The notes under the pieces were generated by a model. It was not told where the DNA came from and ran no database searches. It saw nothing but the letters and a program-made list of their open reading frames with translations. A DNA stretch of 56,860 bases, the filler included, from Catajapyx aquilonaris (lineage: Eukaryota): assembly GCA_000934665.2 (NCBI GenBank). It is 3 parts of 3 records of this genome, joined end to end, with 100 filler letters (N's around TTAATTAATTAA, not from the genome) between each part and the next. Parts side by side here need not be neighbours in the genome. Positions count along the whole stretch, not along the records: positions 18,907 to 37,953 come from JYFJ02006603.1; 2 more parts are not named here. The stretch is one strand, 5' to 3'. Positions 23,001-35,071 of this stretch are shown in pieces. Made by a program: the position numbers and the translations under genes. Every line of letters starts with the position of its first letter. Position 1 is the stretch's first letter.

Positions 23001-26000
23001 AATCCCACACCATAATCATAAATTAAGGTTCACGGCGACATCCTCTGGCCATTTGGAAGAAAAAAAAAGGACTCTCAATAACTGAGAGGAAATATAATCC
23101 AACATGAATGTGAAGGTGTATCTCCAAACCGAAATCCACTTTAGCACGTTGTACAGTCCGACTATATTTTATCCGGCGAGTCTGCGCAGTGGCTAGATTG
23201 CCCTAAAACAAAGTCTAAAATGTGAGAAGTGCAGTTCTGACTCACCCTGTAAGTATACGGCGTATTTTTCACAGGGTGTTGCCAAAATCGAGCAGGGCAA
23301 TACGGCCTAATTCATGGTAATTAACGGGTAATCCCCGATTGGACTGCGTTTATTGGCTGATGCAAAAATACCCTATCCGACACAATGAGAAGTTGTGATG
23401 TGAAAAACGTGATTACTCGTGGCAGGTAATTTCTAGCATAATCGCCTCCATTGCAGCATTTACAAGCTCGCGCATAAATCCGGATTATTTTTCAGACAAT
23501 CCCTGCCGCTGACGCAAATGCGTGTTCTGTTACATACATAACTGCGGGGGCGAAATAATTGATCCATGGAGAGGGTACAACCCTCCTGATTAAAACGCCA
23601 AATGAATTCTTCAAGCAATAACTGCACTGAGCTGGCCGCAATACGTCTCATCTCAGGATTTAAACGCGATGCACAATCTGCAAAAAAAAAATGCAGGCTT
23701 TGGCAATAATAATTTTTTTTGAACGAATCCTTTCAGTGGAAAAAATTGGCACCACTTTGAAGTTGCATCATGCTTGAATCCCTGGAGGAATTGAAAATAC
23801 ATCAAAAGTGCGCGAACATGTGTTTGGAATACGCGGATGATTGCATGAGTGCATAACACATTTTGGCCCTAAGGGACACCATTATTTGATTGTCACTTTT
23901 TGCATTGGAATTGTGCAGTACATATTATGCCGCAGTCAAATTAAAGGCTTTCAAATTAAATTTAAATGCATCAAATGATTTTGGAAAGTAAGTTATTACA
24001 AACGGAGTTCAAATAATTGTATGAATTCCCTATTTATCACTCGTAATGAGATATTTTCTGGAAATTCAGGTTGATGCCACAGGCATTGTATAATAAAGTT
24101 ATAGCAGAAGTGAGGTGAACGACATGAAAATTTGCACTGTACAAACTTGATGTGTCCTGGTCACTTTTTTATCGAAGAATATGCTGCACTTATTCCTTAT
24201 TGATTATTATAGTTCGACGTCAAACACACTTGAAAAATAACCTCGGAGTCAACACTAACTATTCACTGATCAGTTTTTCTTGACCCAGAATCTCAGACGC
24301 TGTATATTGCTTTCCTCAGCTCAGCCAACCGGATATCATCCAGATTATGGACTATTAGGTCTTAACATGTATGTATAAAATATCAAAATAAAGTAAATGC
24401 GAATGAGTATGACTGTCCATTTTCCCCCGTTGAGTACAATGTCCAGAGTTGTCATGAACCTTCAGGCAGTCAACAGTTAGGATTATTGAACCCCTGCTGG
24501 CCTCCACTACCACCCTTCAAAGACAGATCTGCTCCTATTTTAGTGAATTCCATTGCATCTCCCAATTTCCCTTTTTCTAGAGGAGCCCTGGGGTAAGAGT
24601 AAGAGACATTCGGAGGGAAGTTGGAAAGGTTGTCAGCTCTGATTGAAGGAACGAACAGGACTGATGCGCCCAGCTTTTTTTTTTTCCTTTGGGCTCCCAT
24701 GAATTGCACCCACAGGCCCTCCGATTCCAAAATATATTATGTAAAAATGAGGCTAGCGTGTATGCAGAGTGATAAATCGCCTAAGATAATATAACTTTGG
24801 AAAAACATGTCCGTCATCAGTCCTGGGGAAGCGCCTAATTAGCGCTGGGTGTAAACATCAAGAAAAGGGCTGCTCTTTTCGTCAGGTCCCATTGTCAGCA
24901 TGGGGCTCTCTCTCTCTCTCTCTCGGAAAATGGATCGAAAAGAGGGCGGTAACGAAGCAGAAGAGACGTGTAGGCGATAATTTCCCTTGATGAGGACCCA
25001 AGGAGGAATTAACGCTGGTTGTCATTGCCAGGGCACCAGCGTTCCATTTCCTCATCTATCCCGATGCTAAGCTTCATTTGCTATATCCAGACTAATTCCC
25101 CCTCCTCCTACCCTCGCTCGCTCTCAAAATTCCCTCTTAAAAACCCTCCCCCCCGCACCATTATTTTCCGTTTCATATTCATCACCCCTTGATATGGGAG
25201 GGCCATTAGATGTAATTATATTATGCTGCTTATTTGTCTCGTAATATTAAACCACATCATTTCGTGACGGCAGAAATACTGTTCATGTAAATTTTTGCAG
25301 AGTTTCATGCCAATGCAGTGTGAGCAGAGTCGACTAAATTTTAAAAAAATGCATTTACAAGCACTTGACACTTATGAACGAGCCCATTAGTAGTGCTTGA
25401 TTCACCCTTGTTGCTCATAATCTCCAGAAAAAAACACTTCCTAAAAGCACACCGTAGTTCACTTGCTATTGTCAAGAAATGGATCCGGCCGCCATGACAG
25501 TTTAGGGCACTATTTTCAGTGATTGTACATTGGCGGCGCTGCTTGTTAGCGTGACGTTGCCGTTCTATTGATCTGTTAGTTCGTTAATCTAATTAGGTTT
25601 GCTTCACATGCCAAGCCTCTCGTCCTGCTTTCATTGTCATCGGAAAATACTTCTCCGATTGGAGTGCAAATCTAGTGCGCAAGTTAAAACCAAATTAAGC
25701 GCACTGAATTTGAGGCGGTGCTAGCGGGCAATTTGGAAAGGAAAATAGGCCCTTTAAAAATGCCTCTCCTCGCATTATGTAAGCCAGTTGAAGCAATAAC
25801 CAGGGAAATAATATCCTATAAATCTTTTTAGCATGTTTCATTCCGTTTCGAGCGCCGCGTTAGGCACAAAAAAAATGCAGACTATCTGCGCGGAATAGAT
25901 AATAAAAAAAGCTGCAAAAATGCCCCGTATGGGAAAGTCATAGCGTTCACCGCACAGACCTCCAGGGGTCAGTTGGAAAGAGTTAAACGGAAGGCAATCC

Positions 26001-29000
26001 GACACTATAAAAAGGGGGGGGGGGGGGNGGGGGGGGGGGGGGAAGAGACTGGCGTGAGGACCAGATAATGCCTAGGCGGCTAGTGGATTTCTCATGCCAC
26101 GGTGGCCGGAGGGAGACGGCACTTGCATTACGACATCATTCTTGTGCAGAATATAAAAATTTGCAAACAACCTTCCCATTCATCGGGCTCGGGTCAATAC
26201 CCCAGCAGCAGCTATTTTTAAAATAGTTCCCTGAAGAAATAATGAAAAACAAAAGGGTGTTCATGATGACTGACCTATGCGGATGGGGTCTATGTGGATT
26301 ACTCGTTATCAGACAAAACACAAGTAGCCTGCAGTGTGGTTGAAAGCATGCCGATGTTATGAGCGTAAGCTGAAGATTGATAGAGATGAGATAAATGCTA
26401 TTAATTTTTTATAAATAATTGCTAAGATATGCGGTAGATGTGAAGAGAATAGCTTTCTCACAGTTTACAAAGCGATCCAAACTGCAACAGTATGAGCAAT
26501 TTTTTTCACTAACTGTAAGTATGAGCTTAACGAAATTATTAGCTCCTACAATTAAATTGAATCGGCGAAGAAGTCTCGTTAACTTCTGAAAGGAGATGTG
26601 ATCTATTTAAAAAATGGGGTTGAACACTTGTTCTCGTATGGCAATGGGCCAAAATGAGTCATTCCAAATTCCATGAGCTCGGAGATTTCTAATTATGGAT
26701 TATGGATCAGTTTTCATCATAATGTCTGACAGCTTCTGAAAGTATCAGCTTGCTTGCTGAGGAAAAAAACAACAACTGAAATATAAACTGAGTTAGGATC
26801 ACCTTGCATTATTGGTCACGTCCGCCTGCTTTTTGCTGGGAAACTGTGCAAACTCAGTGCGGCAATGTGAGTTAATGAAATGCCATACAATAACAGAGTA
26901 ATTATTAAATATTTTCAGCTATCGAGCGACACTTCAATGCAGAATAGCACATGTATAAATGACCTATAACGGTGCTCCAAAGGCAACAAATGCTTCTAAA
27001 ATTACCTTGGCGATGATATAGCTGCTGCAGCTGAGCATAGCACAATGCATATTGCGCATAATTTAGTGGAACAACGTAATTATTAACATTAACATAACAT
27101 TTTGAAATGTTACGCGCAATTACCGTGAACAGCCTAGGTATAATTTAATCATACCTGTACAGTATAAATTGAGTACCGGCACACTAAATTTCCATTGGAG
27201 ACCCCCATGTACCTGCAGAATACATTACACTCGCACAAGAAGCAGAGCAAATTTAGGCAGCGTGTTATTCCTCGTTACATTGTGTTACAGGGGGAAGTGC
27301 AAAACCTCTCTTCAAAAGCTCCCCAACAAGCCCCGCAGTAAATCTCACAGCTTTTCAAGCTCTTCGAAGCGTCTCATTTCCGATTCCGTTTACTCTTTAT
27401 AAAGCACACTGAAAGATTAGTTCGCATTGAAGTTGCGAGTAGCATTTCCCTGGCAACATTTCCGTCTTTTGCAAAAAAAAAAATGTAATATATAGTATAA
27501 GATCAGAAAAAAACAGCATCAAAAAAAACCCCGACCATCTACCAAGGATAAACCGAATATCGGTTATAACTCTGCAGAGAGAAAATATAAAGCTCAGCCC
27601 CACGTCGTTACAACCACTGTAAATTTGAAGGATATAAAAATGGACAAAAAGAAGACTCTGCAGTTTGGCAAATTCAATAAATAGCAAGGCTGGGCGAAGA
27701 ATCAGCAATGAAACGTGGCATTATGGGGGGAAAGGGGCCTTGCGATCTTTTATAGAGAAGAGAGAGAGAGACTTTTCTCCTCCGAGAATTTTATTCGTGT
27801 GAGGCTGGGGTGAGAGACGGCAAGGGTGGGGGGAGGCATGAGAAGATCTGTCGCATAACCTAACATTGCAGTTCGCCTCAGGAATGCGAATTTCATTTCT
27901 GAGAAGTGGGATAAGTTTGCAATATTTGCACACACTATGGGAGGTGTTCAAGGATAAGACAGACGTAGAATTGATAAAAAAATAGTGATGTAAATATATA
28001 GTGTGCGACCTTCTCCCTAGATTTAAAGGGCATTGCAATTTTATTGCAGTTGTTTTTACAAGAGAAAAGGTCATTGCATTACATAAATTTTTTATGTCTA
28101 CATTTGCGCAAATTATTATGAGGGTATTTTCCACTCTTATACGATCACAGCTACAAGGAGACTGGACCAGATATAGACCAGGTCCACTGCGCAGTATTGC
28201 TAACCAAGAGACACCAATAAGACAAGGCCCAGTTTCCTCATGGACGTGTATACCACTAAAACTGAATACTTAAATAACCAACAGCTCCTCCCTGGGTCGT
28301 GAAGCACACACAACATCCGACTTTTGAAGCACACCGGCACACGATGCAGATATTAGCAAGAGAAGTTCAATAAAGCAAGCAACAGACGCATTAAAAGTTA
28401 GAACACCTACTTCTTTCGCAACTAACCAACTAAAAGCACTGTTTTTACAGGGTAATGTATATAAAAAAGATCTCTCCCAAAAGTTCAGAAAGAAGAAAAT
28501 TTTTACACCCGACTCGAAAAAAGGGTTGCTGCTGGGGGGATGGGGGGTTAGAGTTGGGGGAGGGTATAGTGTGGGGTGCAGTCATACAAAATGCCGCATC
28601 ATGTCGTAGTTCCCCGCAAAGTTGGCCTGAGAGGACGGAACCAGAGGCACAAAAGCCCCCTTTGTGGAAAAATCCTCTTTGCAGTTAGGTTCCCTTCAAC
28701 GGGGCAAATAAAGGGGAGTAAAACTTTCCAATCTCCACATTTTCTTGTCCGAAATATCTCCAGAGAAACACTGTTCTCCGGCACGTGTATAGGCCTATAC
28801 TGTATGTGTGCTTCATGCTGCGAGGAGAGAAAGAGTAGTAGGGAAAAAAAGTAAAGAGAAGAAAAGAAAAATCGAAAAAGTTTGAAGGAAAGGTTGCAGC
28901 AGAATCGTCTCAAGTGACAAGTTTCATTTTCCAGATAACAAGTAATTGTTGCTGGAGAAAACAATAATTCGTAACTTCTTGACCGATTCGACTATACTGT

Positions 29001-31010
29001 ATGAGTTTATGTTATATGTTGGATAATTGGACTTAGGCAGCGCACGTCTGCACTTCAGCATGCACACAATTACCTGTTTGCGACGTGATTTACCGAATTC
29101 ATATTTTGGCAGGTGTCGATCTCAGTAAACGACATTGCAATTTTCTAGTAGGATCAATTTGCAGCATGTAGTGCATGATCTCAAACATGGTATTTTTGCA
29201 CGCGAATTTTCAGTACATTTTCACAGACTTGGCGAAATCTAGTCATACCAGTGGCATCTGCTGGGACTCTCCGTAATCTGCAGAGATCGGCTGATGTTTA
29301 GAGCCAGTGCTTCCACCTGTTTATGCAGCATCATCCAGCACACCCTCCGAATGACGCACGTAGCATGTTTTTGCAATCAGAACATTGCTATATTGCAACC
29401 TGTGTAATTATAACGCTAAGGTGTTTTTTTAAGGGATGCTGATCACGTACACAAGGTACCCGAGGTCATGCTTTTGTCGTCAACAAATGTGAATCACCAC
29501 CTGGTGTCTTTCACATTAATAGTATTAATAGGCCTACCTGATGCACAGTATAATAAACTATACACGAGTAGTTTGATATTCCTTTTAAGTTTTGAAATGC
29601 TCAGTTGCCAAAAATTTATTGACAAGTCACTGTCAGTTTTAGTGCACAGCATGTACTGTGTGAATATATTTGGTGTGTGGTTTTTACCCCCTTTATTGGA
29701 GCCATATGATCCCCCTGTGAATATTTGGAGTTATAATAATTCTGTCATTGCTACAAAAATATAAAACACACTGAAAGTTCATAGTAATCCTGTGGTCATT
29801 TGAAGAAAAAAAAATGTACGTTAGATAAAATTCTGACAGTGGGGAATGTATGTGGGAAGGCTAACCTTTATTATGGGTATGTAATGATATGGATTAGTGA
29901 TTGTGTTTAAATATAATGGTGAAATTTCTTTATGAAATTGAGGATGGACCACAGTTACTTTCAAAACGCTTCTCTTACCATTGCCTTACTTCTTGCACCT
30001 GACCTTTTAAGTGGATGTCCCTTTCCTACTTTCTCCTTAGTTCTCTAATGTTCACTCCATCATTCTGTTTGGCCATTACTTTACAAATTAATGTCACAAT
30101 TCCTTCACCCACTTATCATACCATTTCCCACCTCAGCAGCTTCCTGTCATCATCTTATACATTCAATATGATGAAGGAAGTAGCCTAATCTTGCTCAGGC
30201 ATCATAATTTATTGCTACAATGACATTCAACAACAACAACAACATCACGACATTTCCCTATGAGGGGTAGTCAGCGATGAAGGGAGATGCAAGCTAACCC
30301 AACATATGAACTAATAAAACTCATAAGAATAAACCTAAAAACAACCTGTCCCACCCCCCCCCNCCCCCACCCCTGCCCACCTCAGACATCACCTTATCCT
30401 CAGACATATTTACCTATTTACCCATTAATTAACCTACGCCATTTACACCTATCCAAACAAACAACCCTAGCCTTAACATTCAGGACATTCAAATAACATA
30501 TAACTAACAGCTTCAGATTGTGGAGTACCAAATTCAGATGGCCAATACATTATAAACAGTACTCTCTTTGCGAGTTATAACAGTATTTGGAATGAACATC
30601 CAAATTGTAAAAAATAACTGACGGAAAGTAACATTATTAATTTTATTTATTTATTATACCTTACTCTAGGGCAAGAGTCCTTGTAGGTGACACTGCTCCA
30701 ATACAAAGAAAATTAATTAAACAAACGAACAAAATGACAAAATGGGAAAAGCAATAAATAAATTTATATCAAATGTATGCCAGGTGGACCAAAAGTAACA
30801 TTTACCTGCCACTAATAAAATATTCCAAAGGCTTTTGTATTGGCATGCAAGTAAAAATTTTGTACAAGGTCTAACTAAGCTTAAATGCAAAATGCAATAT
30901 ATTGAAGATTGAGGGGAAAGGGTAAGGGTGTGTTAAAAACATTAACATGTTACAGTAAATAAAAGGACAGTGCATATTCAAAATCAGGTTTATTTTGTGC
31001 AGTAGCTAGG

Positions 31011-31633
31011 CTATGTCCACCCAATGCTTATTATTTGCACAGGCCCATTGGCCAATTTTTTGTTGGACGTAGAAGTTTGGCATGTGACAAATCCTGCCAA
31101 TTGTGGATGCATTGCTGTCATGTTACCATCCGTAATGACCAATTCCCGCCGCAGAATAAAATCCAGACAGAAAATTAAACTATCACCTGAAGGAATAGCC
31201 ACTGACAATGTCTCCCTCCTTAATCCACTCCACATGACCAAATCAATGTGAACTAGTTCACTGCCAGTGATGACATAACTCATGCATCGAAATGCATAAT
31301 TCCCATCACATTTCATGTGCATGGAGTTCCCAGCTGCATTCCTCTAGTCAAACCGCTAGTTTGAACTGCTTCTCGGACACTCAAAGCCAACTCACCAGCG
31401 ATTGTGTCTTGCCATGTTCTATTTATTGGTTTCAACATGCGTGTTTCAGTTTGGCCTAGAAACTTTTTTTTGCACTGTTTTATATGATGGGACGGACCGA
31501 CTTTTGCATCATCACATGGCCACCACCAGATCTTCCTCAGAAAACATCTTCCACCATCTGAAATGTGGAATAATACAATGAAGCATATGAGAAACAGAAA
31601 TGCCATGCCAAACAAAGGTGCCGCAGTTAACAA
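31011..31633 (-). pseudogene. Decayed Kolobok-like DDE transposase
   Basis: Frameshifted pieces LTAAPLFG / MLKPINRTWQD / CDGNYAFRCMSYVITGSELVHIDLV..RRETLSVA...LIFCLDFILRRELVITDG..MHPQLAGF follow the order of Kolobok motifs as I recall them (GDGRCDSPG..KY.TY, DKRET..S..ME, LDFL....I..LVTD.HPQI). Confidence 0.45.
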
Positions 31634-31860
31634 ACTACTGTAATCAAGACAACCATGAAATGTGACTTTGCGATGCTAATCTTTAAAACAGTGGTAATTT
31701 GTTTACAGTATTTATTCATTCATTTATTCATTTATTTATGCACAGTCTCATTTACATTTGCCCCAGTCACTCCCTACTGCATGCTATCATTTGTAACCTT
31801 ATGTATGTAAGGGAAGCTTTTATTCTCATTATTATTATTTGCGGTTCTCCGAAATATCAG

Positions 31861-32699
31861 AGTCATTCCGAGTCAAGTGGGCCGAAATGTTGCTAGACCA
31901 TCTCTGATTTTGGTGAAAAAAATCACAGCTGTACAGTACACACCTGTCGATAATGCTTCATATCAAATTTCAGACATATTGCGCAATGCCACATGGAGGG
32001 GGACACTCCCGAGATTTTGGAAGGTTTAGTGGAAGTGGTCAAAACCCAATTGACATATCAAGAGAAGAAGGAATACGAGGAGAAGGCAACAATGGAATTG
32101 ATTTTCCTCAAAAATGTTACAAGAAAAATGGGGATGGCATTCCATCCATCACATGTCCAAGAATTTGGGTCCCCAAAAATTAGCCATACATCCACGAAAC
32201 ATCTCCCATTTTTTGCGAGCCATGCATGAACCAGGCTTCAACCTGAACCTATTAAACCTTGCGTCGGTAACAACTCCTGTCATCAACATTAATATGACTG
32301 ATGTTACCCCGGATGTTATGCAAATACGTCACTAATTGTTGGGGTCCAAATTCTTTGACATGCGCCTGAGCATGTGATGTGACCAATGGAATGCCACACA
32401 ATTTTTCTGGTTACATTGTCAAGGAAAATCAATTACATTGTTGCATTCCTTTCATTTGATATGCATGTTTATTGGGTTTGAACCCCATCCACTAACCGAA
32501 AAAAAACTTTCCAAAAAAGGCCTCATTTTTAGCCCTTTCCAATAATTCGCCATTTTTTCCCTCCCCATGGTATTTTGCAATTTGGGTGAAACGTGATATG
32601 CAGTGTCATGGAATAGGTGTGTACAGTTGTGATTTTGAAAAAAGCAAAATCCGAGATGATCTAGCAACATTTCAGCCCACTAGATTCAGAATGACCCCT
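31861..32699. mobile_element. Old foldback DNA element with long diverged TIRs
   Basis: GTCATTCCGAGTCAAGTGGGCCGAAATGTTGCTAGA at the left vs TCTAGCAACATTTCAGCCCACTAGATTCAGAATGAC at the right. Inner arms at ~32080-32175 and ~32340-32450. Confidence 0.7.
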
Positions 32700-32912
32700 A
32701 CATTTCGAGGAATTAGGTTTTTTGCTGCCCCAAGGTCAAAAACAAATTCCAGACAAAATGAATGGTCATTTTAAGTTACAAGTGACTTAAGGAACATGGA
32801 AATAGCAATGAATATTTCCATGCTCAAAAAATATTGTTTTTGTTACATAGTGTTATCACTATTTCTCACAGAACCACTGGAAACTGCTCTCGGAACCCCG
32901 GTTGAGAAACAC

Positions 32913-34043
32913 CAGGGATGGAAAAAGAACCGCGACCTTCCCATCAGAACCACCCTTTACAGCTTCCGCCACCGACAACCGCAGCGGCTTCGCAAATGTG
33001 GAAGCGCTTAAATACCACTACCGCTTTCAGAACCTATTTGACAATATTCTGTTGCAACCTGTTCTCACTCAGTTGCAAATCCAGGAACAGCTGCGAGAAG
33101 CGCTTCCGTGGGTTCCCAAGAACATGTACCGATTTTGTGCTAAGCATGTTGCGTTTTCTGGGTTCTCGGCTTTGCAGGCAAAATCGTCTGTTGTATGTTA
33201 GAGTCGTATTGTATGTAATGCTCCCGTCGGGAATGAGCCACGAAGCCGAGTGCCCCCAACCGAACTCATTTCGACCGATCTCGTGACTATGCTCCCTGCG
33301 ATCGGTTAGTGTCATCGTTCGGCAGGCCAGCCCATTCGGCACAACCAATATATGGGTCCTGGCCACTCCGGGACCCGCGTCCGGACCGGATGCCACCCAC
33401 GGCCCACTGGTGATCGCTCCTGCGGCGCTTGGCACCTCGATCGGCACGGCTGCTCCTGCCCCACGTCCCTGCTCGGAGGGTTAAATCTGAACCTCATGCG
33501 CGCTCCCCTATTCACTTTGCTTACACGCTATGATTTGGTGTCTGCATTCCGTGATCATTAAAGTAGTTTGACCATTTGACTGTTTGTGGTCCAGTGTACA
33601 GTTTTACAGGCAATGTCGCAGTGAATACCCTCCTTGGGCGAAAGAGAACGAGGAACTGATTAAGACACGAGAACCGCTTCCGCAAAACCGGTAGCATCTT
33701 CAAAAAAGGCATCCGGTTCCGCTTCTACAACCGCTCCCATGTTTGCAAAGAGCTTCAGGTTACCGGATGCCATGGGTACCGAGAAATTCGGAAGCGGTTC
33801 TTGTAGGCTACCAGATCTGGAGCAATATCATAGAAGCGGTTCTTTTTCCATCCAAGACACGAGAACAGCTTCCGCAGAACCGGTAGCATCTTCAAAAAAG
33901 GCATATTGTTCTGGTTCTACTACTGCTCCCATGTTTGCAAAGCGCTTCCGGTTACCGGATGCCAAGGGTACCGAGAAATACCAGAAGCGGTTCTTGTACT
34001 GGATACCGAGCGATATCATAGAAGCGTTCTTTTTCCATCCCTG
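32913..34043. mobile_element. Non-autonomous hAT element with duplicated right end
   Basis: TIR CAGGGATGGAAAAAGAAC. 8-bp TSD AGAAACAC/AGAGACAC (7 of 8 match). ~190-bp tandem duplication at ~33662-33852 and ~33853-34040. Confidence 0.75.
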
Positions 34044-34089
34044 AGAGACACTTAATGGCATGGTGGGGTGAAACGCAGGCATCTTTATT

Positions 34090-34560
34090 TCAAGCTGTAC
34101 TTAAAATGGATGACAGGGATGCAGCTGAAATTGATGGCTGCAGCACACAGATGTACTGCAACTCTTCAGCCCAATGCTATGCAAATGCAGGTGCTTCCTG
34201 TCACCAGTGTTGACACCATGACTTGCCTCCCAAAGCCACCTCCATGTCGCCTGCAGCAGGTGGGATGTGCACAGGAGGTGCTTTGCATTTGGAAAGCACC
34301 AGTAATGGCAACATCCTCTGACTGACTGCCATCGGTCAATATCACTTTCGGGAAGGATCGCCCAAAAAATCCCTTCCCATGATTGCAACTCTGCAGCAAT
34401 CACCTCCTCCTTCTCTGATGAAGGGATTATGGCTCCAAGAGGGAGGCCTCCCACACAGGTCTCGCACATGAGGAGAAAGTAGACTCTGCAGTTGTAGTTG
34501 TAATAGACCAGAGGATAGCTCATGAGTTCACAAAAGTTGCATATGATGAGCCCTGTAAAA
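34090..34560 (-). pseudogene. Decayed Mutator/MULE transposase
   Basis: YNCRVYFLLMCETCVGGLPLGAII.SSE.EEVI; GFFGRSFPKVILTDGSQSE; FPNAKHLLCTSHLLQATWRWLW (MULE TD and C..H motifs), spread across frameshifts. Confidence 0.75.
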
Positions 34561-34731
34561 GGGAAAGAAGTTCTAAATAGCAACAGTGGAAATCAGTGAC
34601 GTGAAGGCTATATAGCAATAAATTGTCAAGTATAGAATGATATGATTCATGGGTCCAGTGTGTCACATGGGTTACTTATATCAATATCCTTTGTATGTGT
34701 AGGACCAATAGTGATCAGAATTTAGTACAGG

Positions 34732-35071
34732 GGGGAGGCGAAGTGGCGCTGCGGTAACGTATGCGCTCGCGGATGTTAAGGTCCCGGGTTCGATCCCAAC
34801 CCGGGGTTCCCCCCTTCATCTCGCGCAGAGTAAGACCGTCTCTGGCTTCGTTTCGGGTGGCGATCCTTCCACATATGCCACCTGGGGGAGTTCACAAAAC
34901 GGCACATCAACGTCTGCGCACACGCACTTTGCACATCCCCTCCCAGTTTCCCTGCCCGTGGGTCCGGGCGTATTAAAAAATAGACAACAACCCTTTCCCT
35001 TCAATGGTGGTAGTCCACCCCCCTATAGACAAAACAGGTCATCACGGGGTACTTCAAAAAAAAAAAAAAAA
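34732..35071 (+). mobile_element. tRNA-derived SINE (family 2), full length
   Basis: A-box GTGGCGCTGCGG, B-box GGTTCGATCCC, poly(A) at ~35055-35071, TSD TTAGTACAGG at 34722-34731 and 35072-35081. Confidence 0.85.

Noticed and set aside
24434..24592. Possible plus-strand exon ending in GTAAGA
   Set aside because: No recognisable protein similarity and no partner exons.
34732..34805. tRNA gene
   Set aside because: A and B boxes are present, but it runs into a shared SINE body with poly(A) and TSD, and I see no convincing cloverleaf.
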